From a virus, in the IMG/VR virus record IMGVR_UViG_3300025806_000014, positions 19,617-83,616 of that record: a stretch of 64,000 bases of DNA, one strand, 5' to 3'. Under the pieces are notes generated by a model. That model saw only the letters and a list, made by a program, of their open reading frames with translations. It did no database searches and was not told where the DNA came from. A program made the position numbers and the translations under genes. This document shows positions 41,489-51,940 of this stretch, in pieces (position 1 is the first letter of the stretch; every line of letters starts with the position of its first letter).

Positions 41489-42052
41489 TTAACCTAAGCT
41501 GTTAAGATACTTATCAATGCTTAAGCTACTTTTTTCAAATTTATCTGCCCATCCTTTTTTATATCTAGCATCAAATTCTCTTACACTATCTATGGAGAGT
41601 GGTCCTTTAAAAAATGGCCTAGATGATATATCTCTAATCTCTTTTAAGTTTTTGGAAATCATATATAGTTGAACCTTTTCAAATAGTTCTGATAATCCAA
41701 CTTTTGTTTTGGTACACATAACCGATTCTATAACTACATAAAATCTTTCTCTATCTTTTTCATTTAATCTATCTTCTAAAGCTTTAGCAGTTTTAAAGTC
41801 TTCAGCCTTAAGAATCATTTTCCTTGCTCTATTTTCAAACATATGTCTAAAATTCATATCAAAGAAATGCTGTTTAAGAAATCTCATATTATCATAAAAC
41901 TTAATAATACGAATTTGATAAAGAGGATTTACCGGATCCCATTTGGAATCTAAGATTTTACCTTTAACTGGTAAAAGTATGTTAGGATTAGTATGAGATG
42001 CTAAAAGGCAGTATACATTTTGTCCTTTGTTAAATATCCTATGTGTTTTCAT
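41489..42052 (-). CDS. Hypothetical protein
   Basis: 187-aa ORF, coupled to its neighbour. Confidence 0.6.
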   Translation of the reverse strand: MKTHRIFNKGQNVYCLLASHTNPNILLPVKGKILDSKWDPVNPLYQIRIIKFYDNMRFLKQHFFDMNFRHMFENRARKMILKAEDFKTAKALEDRLNEKDRERFYVVIESVMCTKTKVGLSELFEKVQLYMISKNLKEIRDISSRPFFKGPLSIDSVREFDARYKKGWADKFEKSSLSIDKYLNSLG

Positions 42053-42438
42053 TCAAATTCTATTATGTCATCGAATAGCTCAGCAGTGCCGTTGACAGTA
42101 ATATCAGGTGAATGATAAATTTTATAAGTAATAGGTTTATCAGATAATGATTCTACGTATGTTTGTATTCCGCCAACCGTTTCTTTATTAAGATTTCCTA
42201 AAACATAAAATATTGTTGTAGAAATATTACGACCTATTGCATTTTGTAACTGTCTCATTAAATAAGATGATACTACTGCATCTGAAGGTTCGTATTGATA
42301 AAAATCATTTTTTGTAAGTTTGTTAAATATATCCATATAATTTATACACTCAATACTTCTAGGAACATTACCTAAAAAAGTTTTGACGCGTAATGCATCA
42401 TTAGAGTATATGAAATTAAATTCTATATGTTCTTCCAT
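42049..42438 (-). CDS. Hypothetical protein
   Basis: 129-aa ORF. Confidence 0.6.
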   Translation of the reverse strand: MEEHIEFNFIYSNDALRVKTFLGNVPRSIECINYMDIFNKLTKNDFYQYEPSDAVVSSYLMRQLQNAIGRNISTTIFYVLGNLNKETVGGIQTYVESLSDKPITYKIYHSPDITVNGTAELFDDIIEFE

Positions 42439-42752
42439 TCTTCTAATTCCTTAAGCTCACTCTTAAGTTTCTTTATTTTAAATTCAATATCTTTAGGAGT
42501 AGGTTCAAAGTGAGTACCCCATTTTGTATTAATATCTAATACAGTTTTATCAAATTTACTACCAACCTCTAAACCGAGATCATCGCATAAATCAAAAAAG
42601 AATCTTTTTACATAACTGTATTGATTCTTATCATTTTCATTTGATTCATAAACATCAGTTGAGGTAAAATGTTCTCGCCCTCCACCATGATTATCATCAA
42701 TTACTTTTTTGATTACACCATTTCTGGCAGGTTCTAAAATTATCTTAATCAT
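42423..42752 (-). CDS. Hypothetical protein
   Basis: 109-aa ORF. Confidence 0.6.
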   Translation of the reverse strand: MIKIILEPARNGVIKKVIDDNHGGGREHFTSTDVYESNENDKNQYSYVKRFFFDLCDDLGLEVGSKFDKTVLDINTKWGTHFEPTPKDIEFKIKKLKSELKELEEWKNI

Positions 42753-43139
42753 TTACGATTTTCTTTTGTATAAGTTTTCTCTTAGTTCTTTGAAGACTTT
42801 TCTTGCCTCTTTCTTATCTTTATGCCAAGTAGACTTATCTTTAATTGTAATAAGAGCTAATGCATCTCTTAACTTTTCTATTTCTTTATCTGTATAACCT
42901 TGTTCTTTCCAATATGCTATCTTATTATTTTCAACTTGTTCTAATTTGGCATATATAGATTTTTCAGCAGCTTCAACATTAGCTTCATGTATCTCTTTGC
43001 CTTTTTCTCTAGTTTGTTTACAGATTTCTAACCAGTCTTTAAATGATAATTTATTTTTCATTTTTAGAATTCCTTGGTGTTTCATAGCCGCTCTTCTTTG
43101 GCGACGGTTAGGTATAGTTTGATTTGCAGTCTCGCTCAT
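42753..43139 (-). CDS. Basic hypothetical protein
   Basis: 128 aa with NRRQRR motif; AATATATAA upstream. Confidence 0.6.
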   Translation of the reverse strand: MSETANQTIPNRRQRRAAMKHQGILKMKNKLSFKDWLEICKQTREKGKEIHEANVEAAEKSIYAKLEQVENNKIAYWKEQGYTDKEIEKLRDALALITIKDKSTWHKDKKEARKVFKELRENLYKRKS

Positions 43140-43178
43140 ATGATTAATTTTATTATATATTACTAGCTATTAAGTGTG

Positions 43179-43736
43179 CTATTCGCCTTTGTACTTGCTC
43201 TCGATTAATGATTGTACACTGTTGTGTAAACAGTCTAATATTTCATCTTCAGATAATTGATCTAAAATAAATGATTGTAATTGTTCATTAACTTCTTCTT
43301 TATCAAATGATGTACTCATTAATTCATAAACACCTTTAGTAGGAATGTTTACAGGAAATTCTAAAAGAAGCTTTACTTTATTATTTTTCTTTTGTTTATC
43401 AAATAAAACTCTAATAGGTGATGGTGTAGTATCTAAAGCAGGAATAATAGGATCGCTCTTGGTAATTGGATCTACTGGTGTAGCACTTTGGTTTAAAGGA
43501 TCAACAGTTGAATTTGGGGTGTTTATAAATTCACCAGCTATATCCGCATCTAATTCTTGTATAAATTCAGATCTCAATTCTGTTGATAATCTACCACCTT
43601 CATTAAATGTTATCCAATCAGGACCTTCTTCTTTGATAGTAACTACTGAACCAGATTGGTCTCCCTTAATCCACTGGTAATATTTAAGCTCCTGCACTTC
43701 TTCTTGTGGAGTTTCCTCAATGTTATCTTTTTGCAT
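43179..43736 (-). CDS. Acidic hypothetical protein
   Basis: 185 aa; TAAACAA-N15-TATAA upstream. Confidence 0.6.
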   Translation of the reverse strand: MQKDNIEETPQEEVQELKYYQWIKGDQSGSVVTIKEEGPDWITFNEGGRLSTELRSEFIQELDADIAGEFINTPNSTVDPLNQSATPVDPITKSDPIIPALDTTPSPIRVLFDKQKKNNKVKLLLEFPVNIPTKGVYELMSTSFDKEEVNEQLQSFILDQLSEDEILDCLHNSVQSLIESKYKGE

Positions 43737-43787
43737 TTGTTGTCTATTTATTATTATACTTTAAATATAATAATTGTTTAAGATATG

Positions 43788-46700
43788 TTAAGATTTGTAA
43801 ACTTGGTAAGTCATAGAACATGGTTGGTTAAAGTAACTTGCTTCACCACTTAAATTTTCAACAGACCATCCAAAGTAAATTAAATCACCAACAGTCATTT
43901 GTAAAGCTGCATCACATACCATTTCATGTGCAAATATACATGTACTACCATTTGCTCCTGTTTGAACCTGGTGAGATGCTGTATTAGTTGTTCCTGGGAA
44001 AGGTATTAATGTTTGTGTTGCATTTGCAGGATCCCATGTACCATTTACATTAATATAAGATGCCGTTGTTCGTAAAGCAGATAAGTTGGTAACTGTTCCA
44101 ACTGCTGTTCTATTAAACCATAATACTCCACGAATGGTAATTGTATCACCAATTCCAAAGTTTTGATTTACTCTATAACCTGCATTCATATTATAAGTAT
44201 TTAGAGCACCTGAACCAGATAAAACTATAGCTGTTTGGTTTTGACTAAATCCTGGGCTTGATGGTAAAGATGCACCGGTGCTTTGACCGAAGCTATAAAG
44301 ACCTGCACCATATTCAGGAATAAATGCCCTATATTGTCTATTTCCTGCCCAGAGTAATGTTTCACCACTACCACTACCACCAGAACCTGTTGCTCCAGTA
44401 AGCCCAGTTGGTCCTTGTGATCCACTTGCTCCAGTAAATCCAGAAGATCCTGCCGAACCAGCAAAACTCCATCCTATAATTGGTTTATCAAAAGATGTAA
44501 TACCAGCTCCACCTATGTAAATAAATTTAGATAATACTATACCACCATTAATACCATTTGTAACTGTAACATTTGTTAATGTCGTATGATAATAATTAAC
44601 ATTTTCAGGTGCCTCATATTCATGAATTTGGAAATATACCTTTCCAGTTGCACCAACACCAGACTGTGAAGTCTTCCACGAAGAATAGACTGTATTGGAA
44701 ACTTCATAATCTATTGTAGTACCACCACTAGAAGGATCTGTACCTTGCGCAGATAAGCTAATGTCACCACCGCTAGTTATCCAACTACCAGTACTTACAA
44801 CTGCTTTACCTTGTTGTGGTGTTGCAGTAGAAACGCTTGCACTATTATAAGCAGTAACATATCCTCCATAATCTCCACCAGCACCAGTAGCTCCTATAAA
44901 TCCAGTACCCGATCCACCTTGAGGACCAGCAGCTCCGCTTGCTCCTTGATTACCTATTGCACCACCAACTCCCGTTGCACCTTGATTACCTATTGCACCA
45001 CCAACTCCGCTTGCACCTTGTATACCTAAAGCTCCTTGAGCTCCGCTTGCACCTTGTAATCCAATTGCTCCTTGATTACCTATTGCACCGGTTGATCCAA
45101 CAAAACCATTTTCGCCTTTTTCTCCAGTTGCACCTTGTAATCCAATTGCACCTGTAGCTCCATTAGATCCAGTTGATCCAACAAAACCATTTTCGCCTTT
45201 TTCTCCAGTCGCACCTTGTAATCCAATTGCACCTGTAGCTCCATTAGATCCAGTTGCACCAACAAAACCATTTTCGCCTTTTTCTCCAGTTGCACCTTGT
45301 AATCCAATTGCACCTTGGTTACCTATTGCACCAGTTGATCCAACAAAACCATTTTCGCCTTTTTCTCCAGTTGCACCTTGTAATCCAATTGCACCTTGGT
45401 TACCTATTGCACCAGTTGATCCAACAAAACCATTTTCACCTTTCTCTCCTTGTGTTCCTGTTGCTCCTTGTGTTCCTGTTGCTCCTGCACTACCAGATTG
45501 TCCTGTTGCACCAGTAGCTCCAGTGGCCCCATTAAATCCAGTTGCTCCAATAAAACCAGTTGCTCCATTAAATCCAGTTGCACCAGTGGCTCCTTGGAAT
45601 GAAGTACCATAAGCAGTAAATTCTAAAACAAAATCTATACCTTGACCCCAGTTAGCAGTATAAGTTAATGGAGTAATTGTAAAGTCATATACATTACCTA
45701 CTAAAGCTACAGCAGTTATTACACCATGTACAATTTGTTGATTATTATTGGCAGATAGTATAACAGCACCAAATCCAGTTGATGCTTGTCCTGTATCATC
45801 AAAAGTATTAAGGAATGTAGTTTGATCTAATCCTAATGAATCTGTTTTATTAATATACAGACTTGTGGTTGCAGCATCATAATAGAATTTACCAGAAGGT
45901 GGGGTAGTTACACCAACTACTCCTGATTGCCAAGGTAAACCATTTTTTGGACCGATTGCTCCAGTTGCTCCCGTTGCACCAAGTCCACCAGCGGCACCTT
46001 GAGCACCACTTGCACCAGCAGCACCTTGAGCTCCAGTTGCACCAATTCCTCCACCTCCACCAGAAACAGTAGTCCATTTTAACGTGGCTGTACTTCCAGC
46101 TACAGATCCTATTTCTAAAACTTGATTTTGAGTACCTATTGCTAAAGGCCAAACATAATTAATATTATTAGCTAAAGTAGTAGGTGCTTTAAAAGAAGTA
46201 TAATTAGTTCCATCATCATCATTAAAAATCAATATACCAGTTCGACCGCTACCATTACCTGCTAAAACAATTTGACCTTCTGAATCAGTAGCACCACCAC
46301 CAACTGTAAATTGTGGTGTAAGGCCTACACCAATTTGTTCAAACTTAAATAAATTTTTAGTACCACCATTAGTGTTTATAAATGTAAGAGGGTTATTTGT
46401 ACCACTACCATAAAAATCTAAAGTCCTAGGTTCTTCTACAGTTAAATCTGTATTTCCAATGTTAACACTAGCTGGTGGGTTTGCAGCATTAATTGTTATT
46501 TCATCTGTTGCTTCATTTACACTGAATGTAATATTTGTACCAGGTAATAAATCAACATCACTACTTGCAACACCGTCACTTAATGCAATACTTACACCTC
46601 CACTGGTTAAACTAATAGCATTTAAATTGTATGCAGCAAGAGCAGCATTTTCCCATTGGCCTGTTGATGTATTATATACTAAGAGTTGATCATTTTGAAC

Positions 46701-48707
46701 ATCAGTAATAGTTACATCAGTAAGATCATTTAATGAAGTAGCACCACCGCCTCCTCCACCACCTGCTTCAACATCTACAGTTCCTCTATATAAATGTCCG
46801 TTAGCAGAATTAATCCATAATGTTCTATCAGAAATAGTTCCACCACTCACATCATTACAAAGCGGTCTGTTTGCAAAAGTTGTAGATGGAAGAACTAATC
46901 CTCCTTTATCAATATTAACACAACCTACAAAATAACCAGCCCATGTACCACTATCAGCAACCAAGCCTGTTAAAATAGTAGACGATGTAGCGTCAGTTTG
47001 TGTATCTATAACATTAGAATATAATCCTACTCTCTGAGGATTTGTTCCAGTACCTGTAAATCCAATTATTTGACCAACATTAAGTGCTAGAGTTCCACCA
47101 ACTTTATTATCAAGTGAAATATTATTTCCAATATATTTAGAAGCAAAACCACCTGTTGTACTTTCTGTTTGTAATTGTTGAGCATAATAAATTTCAGCTC
47201 CTCTATCCATCCATTGATATATGTTAACACCTTCAGGTATAGTAGGTGTATTATAAGTCATACGTAAACCGTACCCATCCGTTAATGAAGTGTTGGCAGC
47301 AAAATCATGTTGAGAATTTATAATTGATGATGTTGCTAATACTGTATTTTGTTCACTTACACCAGTTAAAAGGTGTTCACCTCTAAGTCTAACCCTTACA
47401 CTTAAATCACCACTTTGCTCTGTGTAAGATGTGAGAGTATATCTGCTACTAGATTCAAATCTTCCAGTTGTACTTGAGGCTGCTGCATTCACTAAAGGTA
47501 TTCTATAACCAACAGCTGTTGTCTGTAAAGAACTAGTTGCAACATTAGGTACATATAGTTCATTGTTTAGAGATATGCTTAATGCATCTACTGTTAAACC
47601 GCCTAATCCAGTACTTCCTATATTAATACCAAAAGATTTATCAGTTCCGTAAATACCAGATGTTGCTTGGATAACACTATTTAATGCATATGTCTGAGAA
47701 GCATTTCCAGTAGGAGATGAATTTCTTAATTGTAATTGATGAGTAGTTGCAGCATTATCAAAATGAATACCTGTTCCAGTATCACCTACTCTATTAAATT
47801 GTAATTGTCCTGCACTATTATTAAGACTAACAGTTCGATTAGCAGCACCAATACTTCCGTCATTAGTATAAAGATTAACTTGTCCTAAAGAACCTATTGC
47901 TATCGGTGTCCATAAACCTGCACCATTATTCCATTGTAAAATATCATTAGGGTTAGGTGCATTTGTTGATACATCAGATAACATACTAATCAATGGTGCT
48001 CCACTATTTAATTGAGCCAAGTCAACTAAACCTTCATTAAAATTATACTCAATATTTTTTTGTCCAGAATTTGTACTTATAGATAATGCAGCACCGGTTC
48101 CAGTATTCGTTGACTGAAATCCGTAAAATTGTAAATTAACACCAACCTTACCAGAATAAACATCCTGATGGCCAGCTCCTAATCCAATATTTTCACCAAC
48201 ATTTACCTCACCTGGATTTGATGCTAGTGTGTTTATTACTTTTATTGTTTTAGAAGATAGATTATATTGCAGCTGCATCCCTTGCCCGGCAATAAAATTA
48301 AAAGTATCATTAGGAGTAGTTGATTGTATTAATGCATCATTACCAGATTGTAGTGCCCCAGATGCGGATGTAGAATTAACATTGATTTTACCAAAGCCAT
48401 TAGCTCCTTGTATATTAATGTTACCTGAACCTATACCTCCAATCATATCCCACTGTGCAGTATTAAATACACCTTGGGTAGTTCTAACATTTGCTCTCCA
48501 CCATGCTAATACTTGATCTTCACCTGTAGTCGCAGGATCATCTACAATAACTGGGTGGTATACAATGTTTCCTATTTCATATGTCCTATCATTCTCCCAA
48601 GGGTTAGCCACCATTTTAAAATTAGTATCTACCTCAGCATTAGTTAGCTCTCTTTTTATCTCTGTTCTAAAAAGAATATATTCTTGTAGGTTAAATGACG
48701 TTGCCAT
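43788..48707 (-). CDS. Long tail fibre with collagen-like Gly-X-Y region
   Basis: 1639 aa; LNDLTDV..TDVQNDQLLVYN...GQWEN fibre repeats; long GATG/GAQG triplet runs. Confidence 0.8.
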   Translation of the reverse strand: MATSFNLQEYILFRTEIKRELTNAEVDTNFKMVANPWENDRTYEIGNIVYHPVIVDDPATTGEDQVLAWWRANVRTTQGVFNTAQWDMIGGIGSGNINIQGANGFGKINVNSTSASGALQSGNDALIQSTTPNDTFNFIAGQGMQLQYNLSSKTIKVINTLASNPGEVNVGENIGLGAGHQDVYSGKVGVNLQFYGFQSTNTGTGAALSISTNSGQKNIEYNFNEGLVDLAQLNSGAPLISMLSDVSTNAPNPNDILQWNNGAGLWTPIAIGSLGQVNLYTNDGSIGAANRTVSLNNSAGQLQFNRVGDTGTGIHFDNAATTHQLQLRNSSPTGNASQTYALNSVIQATSGIYGTDKSFGINIGSTGLGGLTVDALSISLNNELYVPNVATSSLQTTAVGYRIPLVNAAASSTTGRFESSSRYTLTSYTEQSGDLSVRVRLRGEHLLTGVSEQNTVLATSSIINSQHDFAANTSLTDGYGLRMTYNTPTIPEGVNIYQWMDRGAEIYYAQQLQTESTTGGFASKYIGNNISLDNKVGGTLALNVGQIIGFTGTGTNPQRVGLYSNVIDTQTDATSSTILTGLVADSGTWAGYFVGCVNIDKGGLVLPSTTFANRPLCNDVSGGTISDRTLWINSANGHLYRGTVDVEAGGGGGGGATSLNDLTDVTITDVQNDQLLVYNTSTGQWENAALAAYNLNAISLTSGGVSIALSDGVASSDVDLLPGTNITFSVNEATDEITINAANPPASVNIGNTDLTVEEPRTLDFYGSGTNNPLTFINTNGGTKNLFKFEQIGVGLTPQFTVGGGATDSEGQIVLAGNGSGRTGILIFNDDDGTNYTSFKAPTTLANNINYVWPLAIGTQNQVLEIGSVAGSTATLKWTTVSGGGGGIGATGAQGAAGASGAQGAAGGLGATGATGAIGPKNGLPWQSGVVGVTTPPSGKFYYDAATTSLYINKTDSLGLDQTTFLNTFDDTGQASTGFGAVILSANNNQQIVHGVITAVALVGNVYDFTITPLTYTANWGQGIDFVLEFTAYGTSFQGATGATGFNGATGFIGATGFNGATGATGATGQSGSAGATGTQGATGTQGEKGENGFVGSTGAIGNQGAIGLQGATGEKGENGFVGSTGAIGNQGAIGLQGATGEKGENGFVGATGSNGATGAIGLQGATGEKGENGFVGSTGSNGATGAIGLQGATGEKGENGFVGSTGAIGNQGAIGLQGASGAQGALGIQGASGVGGAIGNQGATGVGGAIGNQGASGAAGPQGGSGTGFIGATGAGGDYGGYVTAYNSASVSTATPQQGKAVVSTGSWITSGGDISLSAQGTDPSSGGTTIDYEVSNTVYSSWKTSQSGVGATGKVYFQIHEYEAPENVNYYHTTLTNVTVTNGINGGIVLSKFIYIGGAGITSFDKPIIGWSFAGSAGSSGFTGASGSQGPTGLTGATGSGGSGSGETLLWAGNRQYRAFIPEYGAGLYSFGQSTGASLPSSPGFSQNQTAIVLSGSGALNTYNMNAGYRVNQNFGIGDTITIRGVLWFNRTAVGTVTNLSALRTTASYINVNGTWDPANATQTLIPFPGTTNTASHQVQTGANGSTCIFAHEMVCDAALQMTVGDLIYFGWSVENLSGEASYFNQPCSMTYQVYKS
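45045..45449 (-). repeat. Five tandem 81-bp repeats (27-aa collagen unit)
   Basis: AAAACCATTTTC recurs at 45102, 45183, 45264, 45345, 45426; unit GEKGENGFVG(S/A)TG(AIGNQ/SNGAT)GAIGLQGA(T/S). Confidence 0.9.
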
Positions 48708-48748
48708 TGATTTAAATATTTTTTTATTTATTCTTCTTCTTTATATAT

Positions 48749-49324
48749 TTAGTTTGGGGGATATTCCTCAATCTTAACATCATTATATGGAAACTCCGAA
48801 GTATCTCTTACAGAAGTAAATGCCTCTCTAAATGATTTAAGATACCAAGTGTTTTCTGACCAACCTGGTACTGCATAACATGGTGAATAAATTCCAGTTA
48901 CATAAATATATTTTAGCTCTGAATAATACTTTACATAATCAGTAACTGCATTCTTTATTAATTGAATTTGTCTGTCTATAAATACCTGTCTACCGGAGTT
49001 TCGTTGCCTATCATATGCAGAGCCTGTTTCAAGTTTTAAATTATTAGTAACATCTATTGCTTTAAATTCAGTACTAAAATCATAAAGATCACTCGCGGCT
49101 AAGAAAAATGAAATAGAAACCAAATCTCCTAGATTACAATTATCAAGAGGCTTATAATTTTTGTTATAATACTTTTCCATTGCAGCAACATCTGCAAAAT
49201 CAATGTACTCATGTTTTACCCTATTAAAAAAATCAACCTTAATACTTGTAGAGGTTATTTTATTTTTTTTCAAAAAGGTAAAGAAGTCTAATGCTAGTTT
49301 AAATGTTATTCCTTCTAAAATCAA
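48749..49324 (-). CDS. Hypothetical protein, probably late/virion
   Basis: 191 aa; AATATATAA upstream. Confidence 0.55.
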   Translation of the reverse strand: MILEGITFKLALDFFTFLKKNKITSTSIKVDFFNRVKHEYIDFADVAAMEKYYNKNYKPLDNCNLGDLVSISFFLAASDLYDFSTEFKAIDVTNNLKLETGSAYDRQRNSGRQVFIDRQIQLIKNAVTDYVKYYSELKYIYVTGIYSPCYAVPGWSENTWYLKSFREAFTSVRDTSEFPYNDVKIEEYPPN

Positions 49325-49349
49325 TGGAGTCTACTTTTTTGTTATATAT

Positions 49350-49823
49350 TCAGTCTTTGATTAGATGGTAGTCATCTATAAGATAGGATATAGGTCCATA
49401 AGTGATTTTACATTGTTTAAAAATTTGTAAATGATCTAAGTTACGATAATCATCAATCCAATATACATGTTTAAATCCTGCATTAACTAAAATCTTGGTA
49501 CACATTTTGCAAGGAGATAGAGTTAAAAGAACTATGTAATTTTCCGGATCATGCTCTTTAAATTTAGCAATCATATTTACCTCAGCATGAATAAAGCCAC
49601 TTTCGCCTGGTTCCAAACTTTCTTCTTCAGTTCCAGTTTCTATATTATTATGAGCCCCACTATATGATCCGTTATAACCAAAACTGGCAATTTTACTAAA
49701 ATCTTTTCTTAATGCAATACAACCTACTTTAGTTGTAGAAGAATTAGAAAGATCTTTAATATTATTTAAAATATTTTTAAAGGTTTCAATTTTTATCTGA
49801 AGTCGCTGAATTTTGGTATCCAT
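49350..49823 (-). CDS. dCMP deaminase family protein
   Basis: GYNG, HAEVN, TLSPCKMC zinc-deaminase motifs. Confidence 0.85.
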   Translation of the reverse strand: MDTKIQRLQIKIETFKNILNNIKDLSNSSTTKVGCIALRKDFSKIASFGYNGSYSGAHNNIETGTEEESLEPGESGFIHAEVNMIAKFKEHDPENYIVLLTLSPCKMCTKILVNAGFKHVYWIDDYRNLDHLQIFKQCKITYGPISYLIDDYHLIKD

Positions 49824-50374
49824 TTGCTCTTAATTAATTTGGCTCTCATTTTTATACCAGGTTCTTTACTTAATGATTTTGCTAATTTAATGTTATCCTC
49901 ATCATCATCAAAAAAGGTGAAGTCATTAAATCCCATTTCTATAAATTTTCTAAATGCTTCCTTTTTTCTTTCTGCCGTTGATCCTTTAAATCCTAATGAG
50001 GTATCATTAATAGCAAATATGTATTGTGGATTTATGTTAATTCCATTATGAGCTAAAAATTGCTGAATAAGCTTAGAATCATCTCTTGCTGTTATAATAC
50101 CAACAGCCTTGCCTTTTTGTATAGTTCTTTTTAAAATAGAAAATACCCATTCAATAATTTTACCACCTTTAAGAATATCTAAACTTTGAAAATCTGAAAA
50201 GTCCATCTTATCATTTGGTCTTTTCCTAAATGTATTAAATTCTTGTGGAGTAAGTTCAGTAGAAAAACCTGTTTTAGGATTATGAACTTTAATTTTACTG
50301 CGAGTAACTACAAGAGTATCATCCACATCAAATATGGTAATTGCATTTCTTTTATTTGCTTCAAATAGCCTCAC
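49793..50374 (-). CDS. HAD-superfamily phosphatase-like protein
   Basis: FDVDDTL, IITAR, FFDDDEDN; GTG start; GATAAATA late-type motif upstream. Confidence 0.75.
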   Translation of the reverse strand: MRLFEANKRNAITIFDVDDTLVVTRSKIKVHNPKTGFSTELTPQEFNTFRKRPNDKMDFSDFQSLDILKGGKIIEWVFSILKRTIQKGKAVGIITARDDSKLIQQFLAHNGININPQYIFAINDTSLGFKGSTAERKKEAFRKFIEMGFNDFTFFDDDEDNIKLAKSLSKEPGIKMRAKLIKSKWIPKFSDFR

Positions 50375-50447
50375 TTTAAATTTTCCTTTTATTATTTATC
50401 AATTAAATATGTAGAACACATTAGATGTACTTAAAAGGTGTCTGCGA

Positions 50448-51749
50448 TTAGCAATCCCTTCCGTTAGCATAAACATGTTTTAATACAGGAAATCTTAGAC
50501 TATATCCTCCGTTTTGATTTTTGCTTTCCTCAAAATACTGAATAGTTACAGTCTTACCAATAATATCTTGTGGAGATTCATAATACATTTCTCTTTGTTC
50601 TTTAGAAAATCCTGATCCTACACTAACTCTACATCCTTTATGTTCAATTATAATACTGCTTAAACATTCTCTTTCTACTTGTTTACCATTTTCTGTCCAT
50701 CGGATATTTCCATTGATTGTTTCTAAGACAGTATATTCTGCATCATGGAATTTTTTAACCTTTAAAAGATTATGGCTTCTTTTACCTTCATAGCCTACAT
50801 TCTTTCTAACCATAATTCCTTCAAATCCTGCCTCTTCAGCATCCTTTGCCATTTCAGTAAATTGTTCCTCTGTGGTTAGTTGATCCTGTGGAAGAAATTC
50901 TAAACGAGTAGAATCAATATTTTCTGGAAGTAAATCATATCCATTTCTAAGTCTTTCAGTTAATGGTGTAGTTCCAATCTGATTATCAAATTCTTCTAAA
51001 GTTAAATAATCAAATACAAAGAATTTAGGATTATCTATTTTATGATTCTTTTTTCGGATCTGTTTCATAATGCCTTGGAAATCTTCATTACCATTTTCAT
51101 CTACCATACAGATTTCTCCATCTAAAATAAAGTTACCTTTAATCTTTAGAATTTCATTTTCTAAATTACTTAATGTTAAAAATTCTTTACCGCTTCTGGA
51201 AAGGAATGTTACAATATCATTTTCTTTTCGGCAAATACAACGAACTCCATCTAATTTTCTAGAACCGTACCAATCTCCACTTTGGAAATCTACTCTTTTT
51301 ACATTATAAGGATTTGCTAATGCAACCTTGAATGTTGGTATACATCCTGGAATTACTTTGTTAATAGAACTGGTAGATGCACCCATTTTAAGGTCTCTAT
51401 CAATAATGTTAAAAATCAGATCCTCATATTGTATATTCTCTAGGATAAATCTGTTTACATTTGCAATTGCATTATGCCCTGTACAAACTCGGTTTGCTAA
51501 ATCATCTAATAGAGTAAAAATACTACCATAAGTATTTACATGACCAAGTAGTTCAGAATTCTTTTTACAATTTTTACTTGTTACATTATACTTCTTATAA
51601 GGATTATAAGTGTAATTAAAAATCTTTTGTAAAAATTCACTATCAGAATGTTTCTTGATAGTTTCAATTTTGTAATTACCTGAGGATGATTCCTTCATTT
51701 CATCAATAAAGGATTGTAGATAATCAAAGTTGTTTGTTAGTTCAGTCAT
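50448..51749 (-). CDS. ATP-dependent DNA ligase
   Basis: KLDGVR, ILDGEI, FVFD, EGIMVR, KRSHNLLKVK, GSGFS, SLRFP. Confidence 0.93.
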   Translation of the reverse strand: MTELTNNFDYLQSFIDEMKESSSGNYKIETIKKHSDSEFLQKIFNYTYNPYKKYNVTSKNCKKNSELLGHVNTYGSIFTLLDDLANRVCTGHNAIANVNRFILENIQYEDLIFNIIDRDLKMGASTSSINKVIPGCIPTFKVALANPYNVKRVDFQSGDWYGSRKLDGVRCICRKENDIVTFLSRSGKEFLTLSNLENEILKIKGNFILDGEICMVDENGNEDFQGIMKQIRKKNHKIDNPKFFVFDYLTLEEFDNQIGTTPLTERLRNGYDLLPENIDSTRLEFLPQDQLTTEEQFTEMAKDAEEAGFEGIMVRKNVGYEGKRSHNLLKVKKFHDAEYTVLETINGNIRWTENGKQVERECLSSIIIEHKGCRVSVGSGFSKEQREMYYESPQDIIGKTVTIQYFEESKNQNGGYSLRFPVLKHVYANGRDC

Positions 51750-51846
51750 ATTCCGTTTTGTTTAATTTATTATAATATAAATATAATACATTTTCTTGGG
51801 ATCTGAACTATAAATTCTTGTTATTTTAAAAAAGTTATTAACAATT
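51750..51846 (-). promoter_or_regulatory. Repeated upstream element, copy 1 (TGTTAATAAC box + TTCAGA-N15-TTATATTTA)
   Basis: Near-identical to 60118-60216 and similar to 58790-58878. Confidence 0.75.
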
Positions 51847-51857
51847 ATGAAACAATG

Positions 51858-51930
51858 TTGTCCGACTAGGGATCGAACCTAGACTCTTCTGGACCAAAAC
51901 CAGACGTGTTGCCAGTTACACCATCGGACA
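51858..51930 (-). tRNA. tRNA-Gln(UUG)
   Basis: Acceptor TGTCCGA/TCGGACA; anticodon arm TCTGG-TTTTGGT-CCAGA; T arm CTAGG-TTCGATC-CCTAG. Confidence 0.92.
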
Positions 51931-51940
51931 ATTAAGTCCT

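Noticed and set aside
45045-45449. Possible CRISPR array or DGR template/variable repeat
   Set aside because: Units are contiguous in-frame coding repeats with no unique spacers. No cas or reverse transcriptase gene and no adenine-specific variant pair was seen.
44225-46152. Repetitive alternative-frame ORFs (LLHHQL..., MQLDYKVQLEKK..., Trp/Cys-rich 45889..46152)
   Set aside because: Frame-shifted or antisense readings of the collagen Gly-X-Y repeats.
78-51531. Many short plus-strand ORFs in the track (e.g. 78..293, 6948..7223, 21404..21739, 33808..34137, 36125..36526, 43345..43680)
   Set aside because: They are antisense shadows of long, motif-bearing minus-strand genes, with Ser/Leu/Ile-rich composition and no recognisable motifs.
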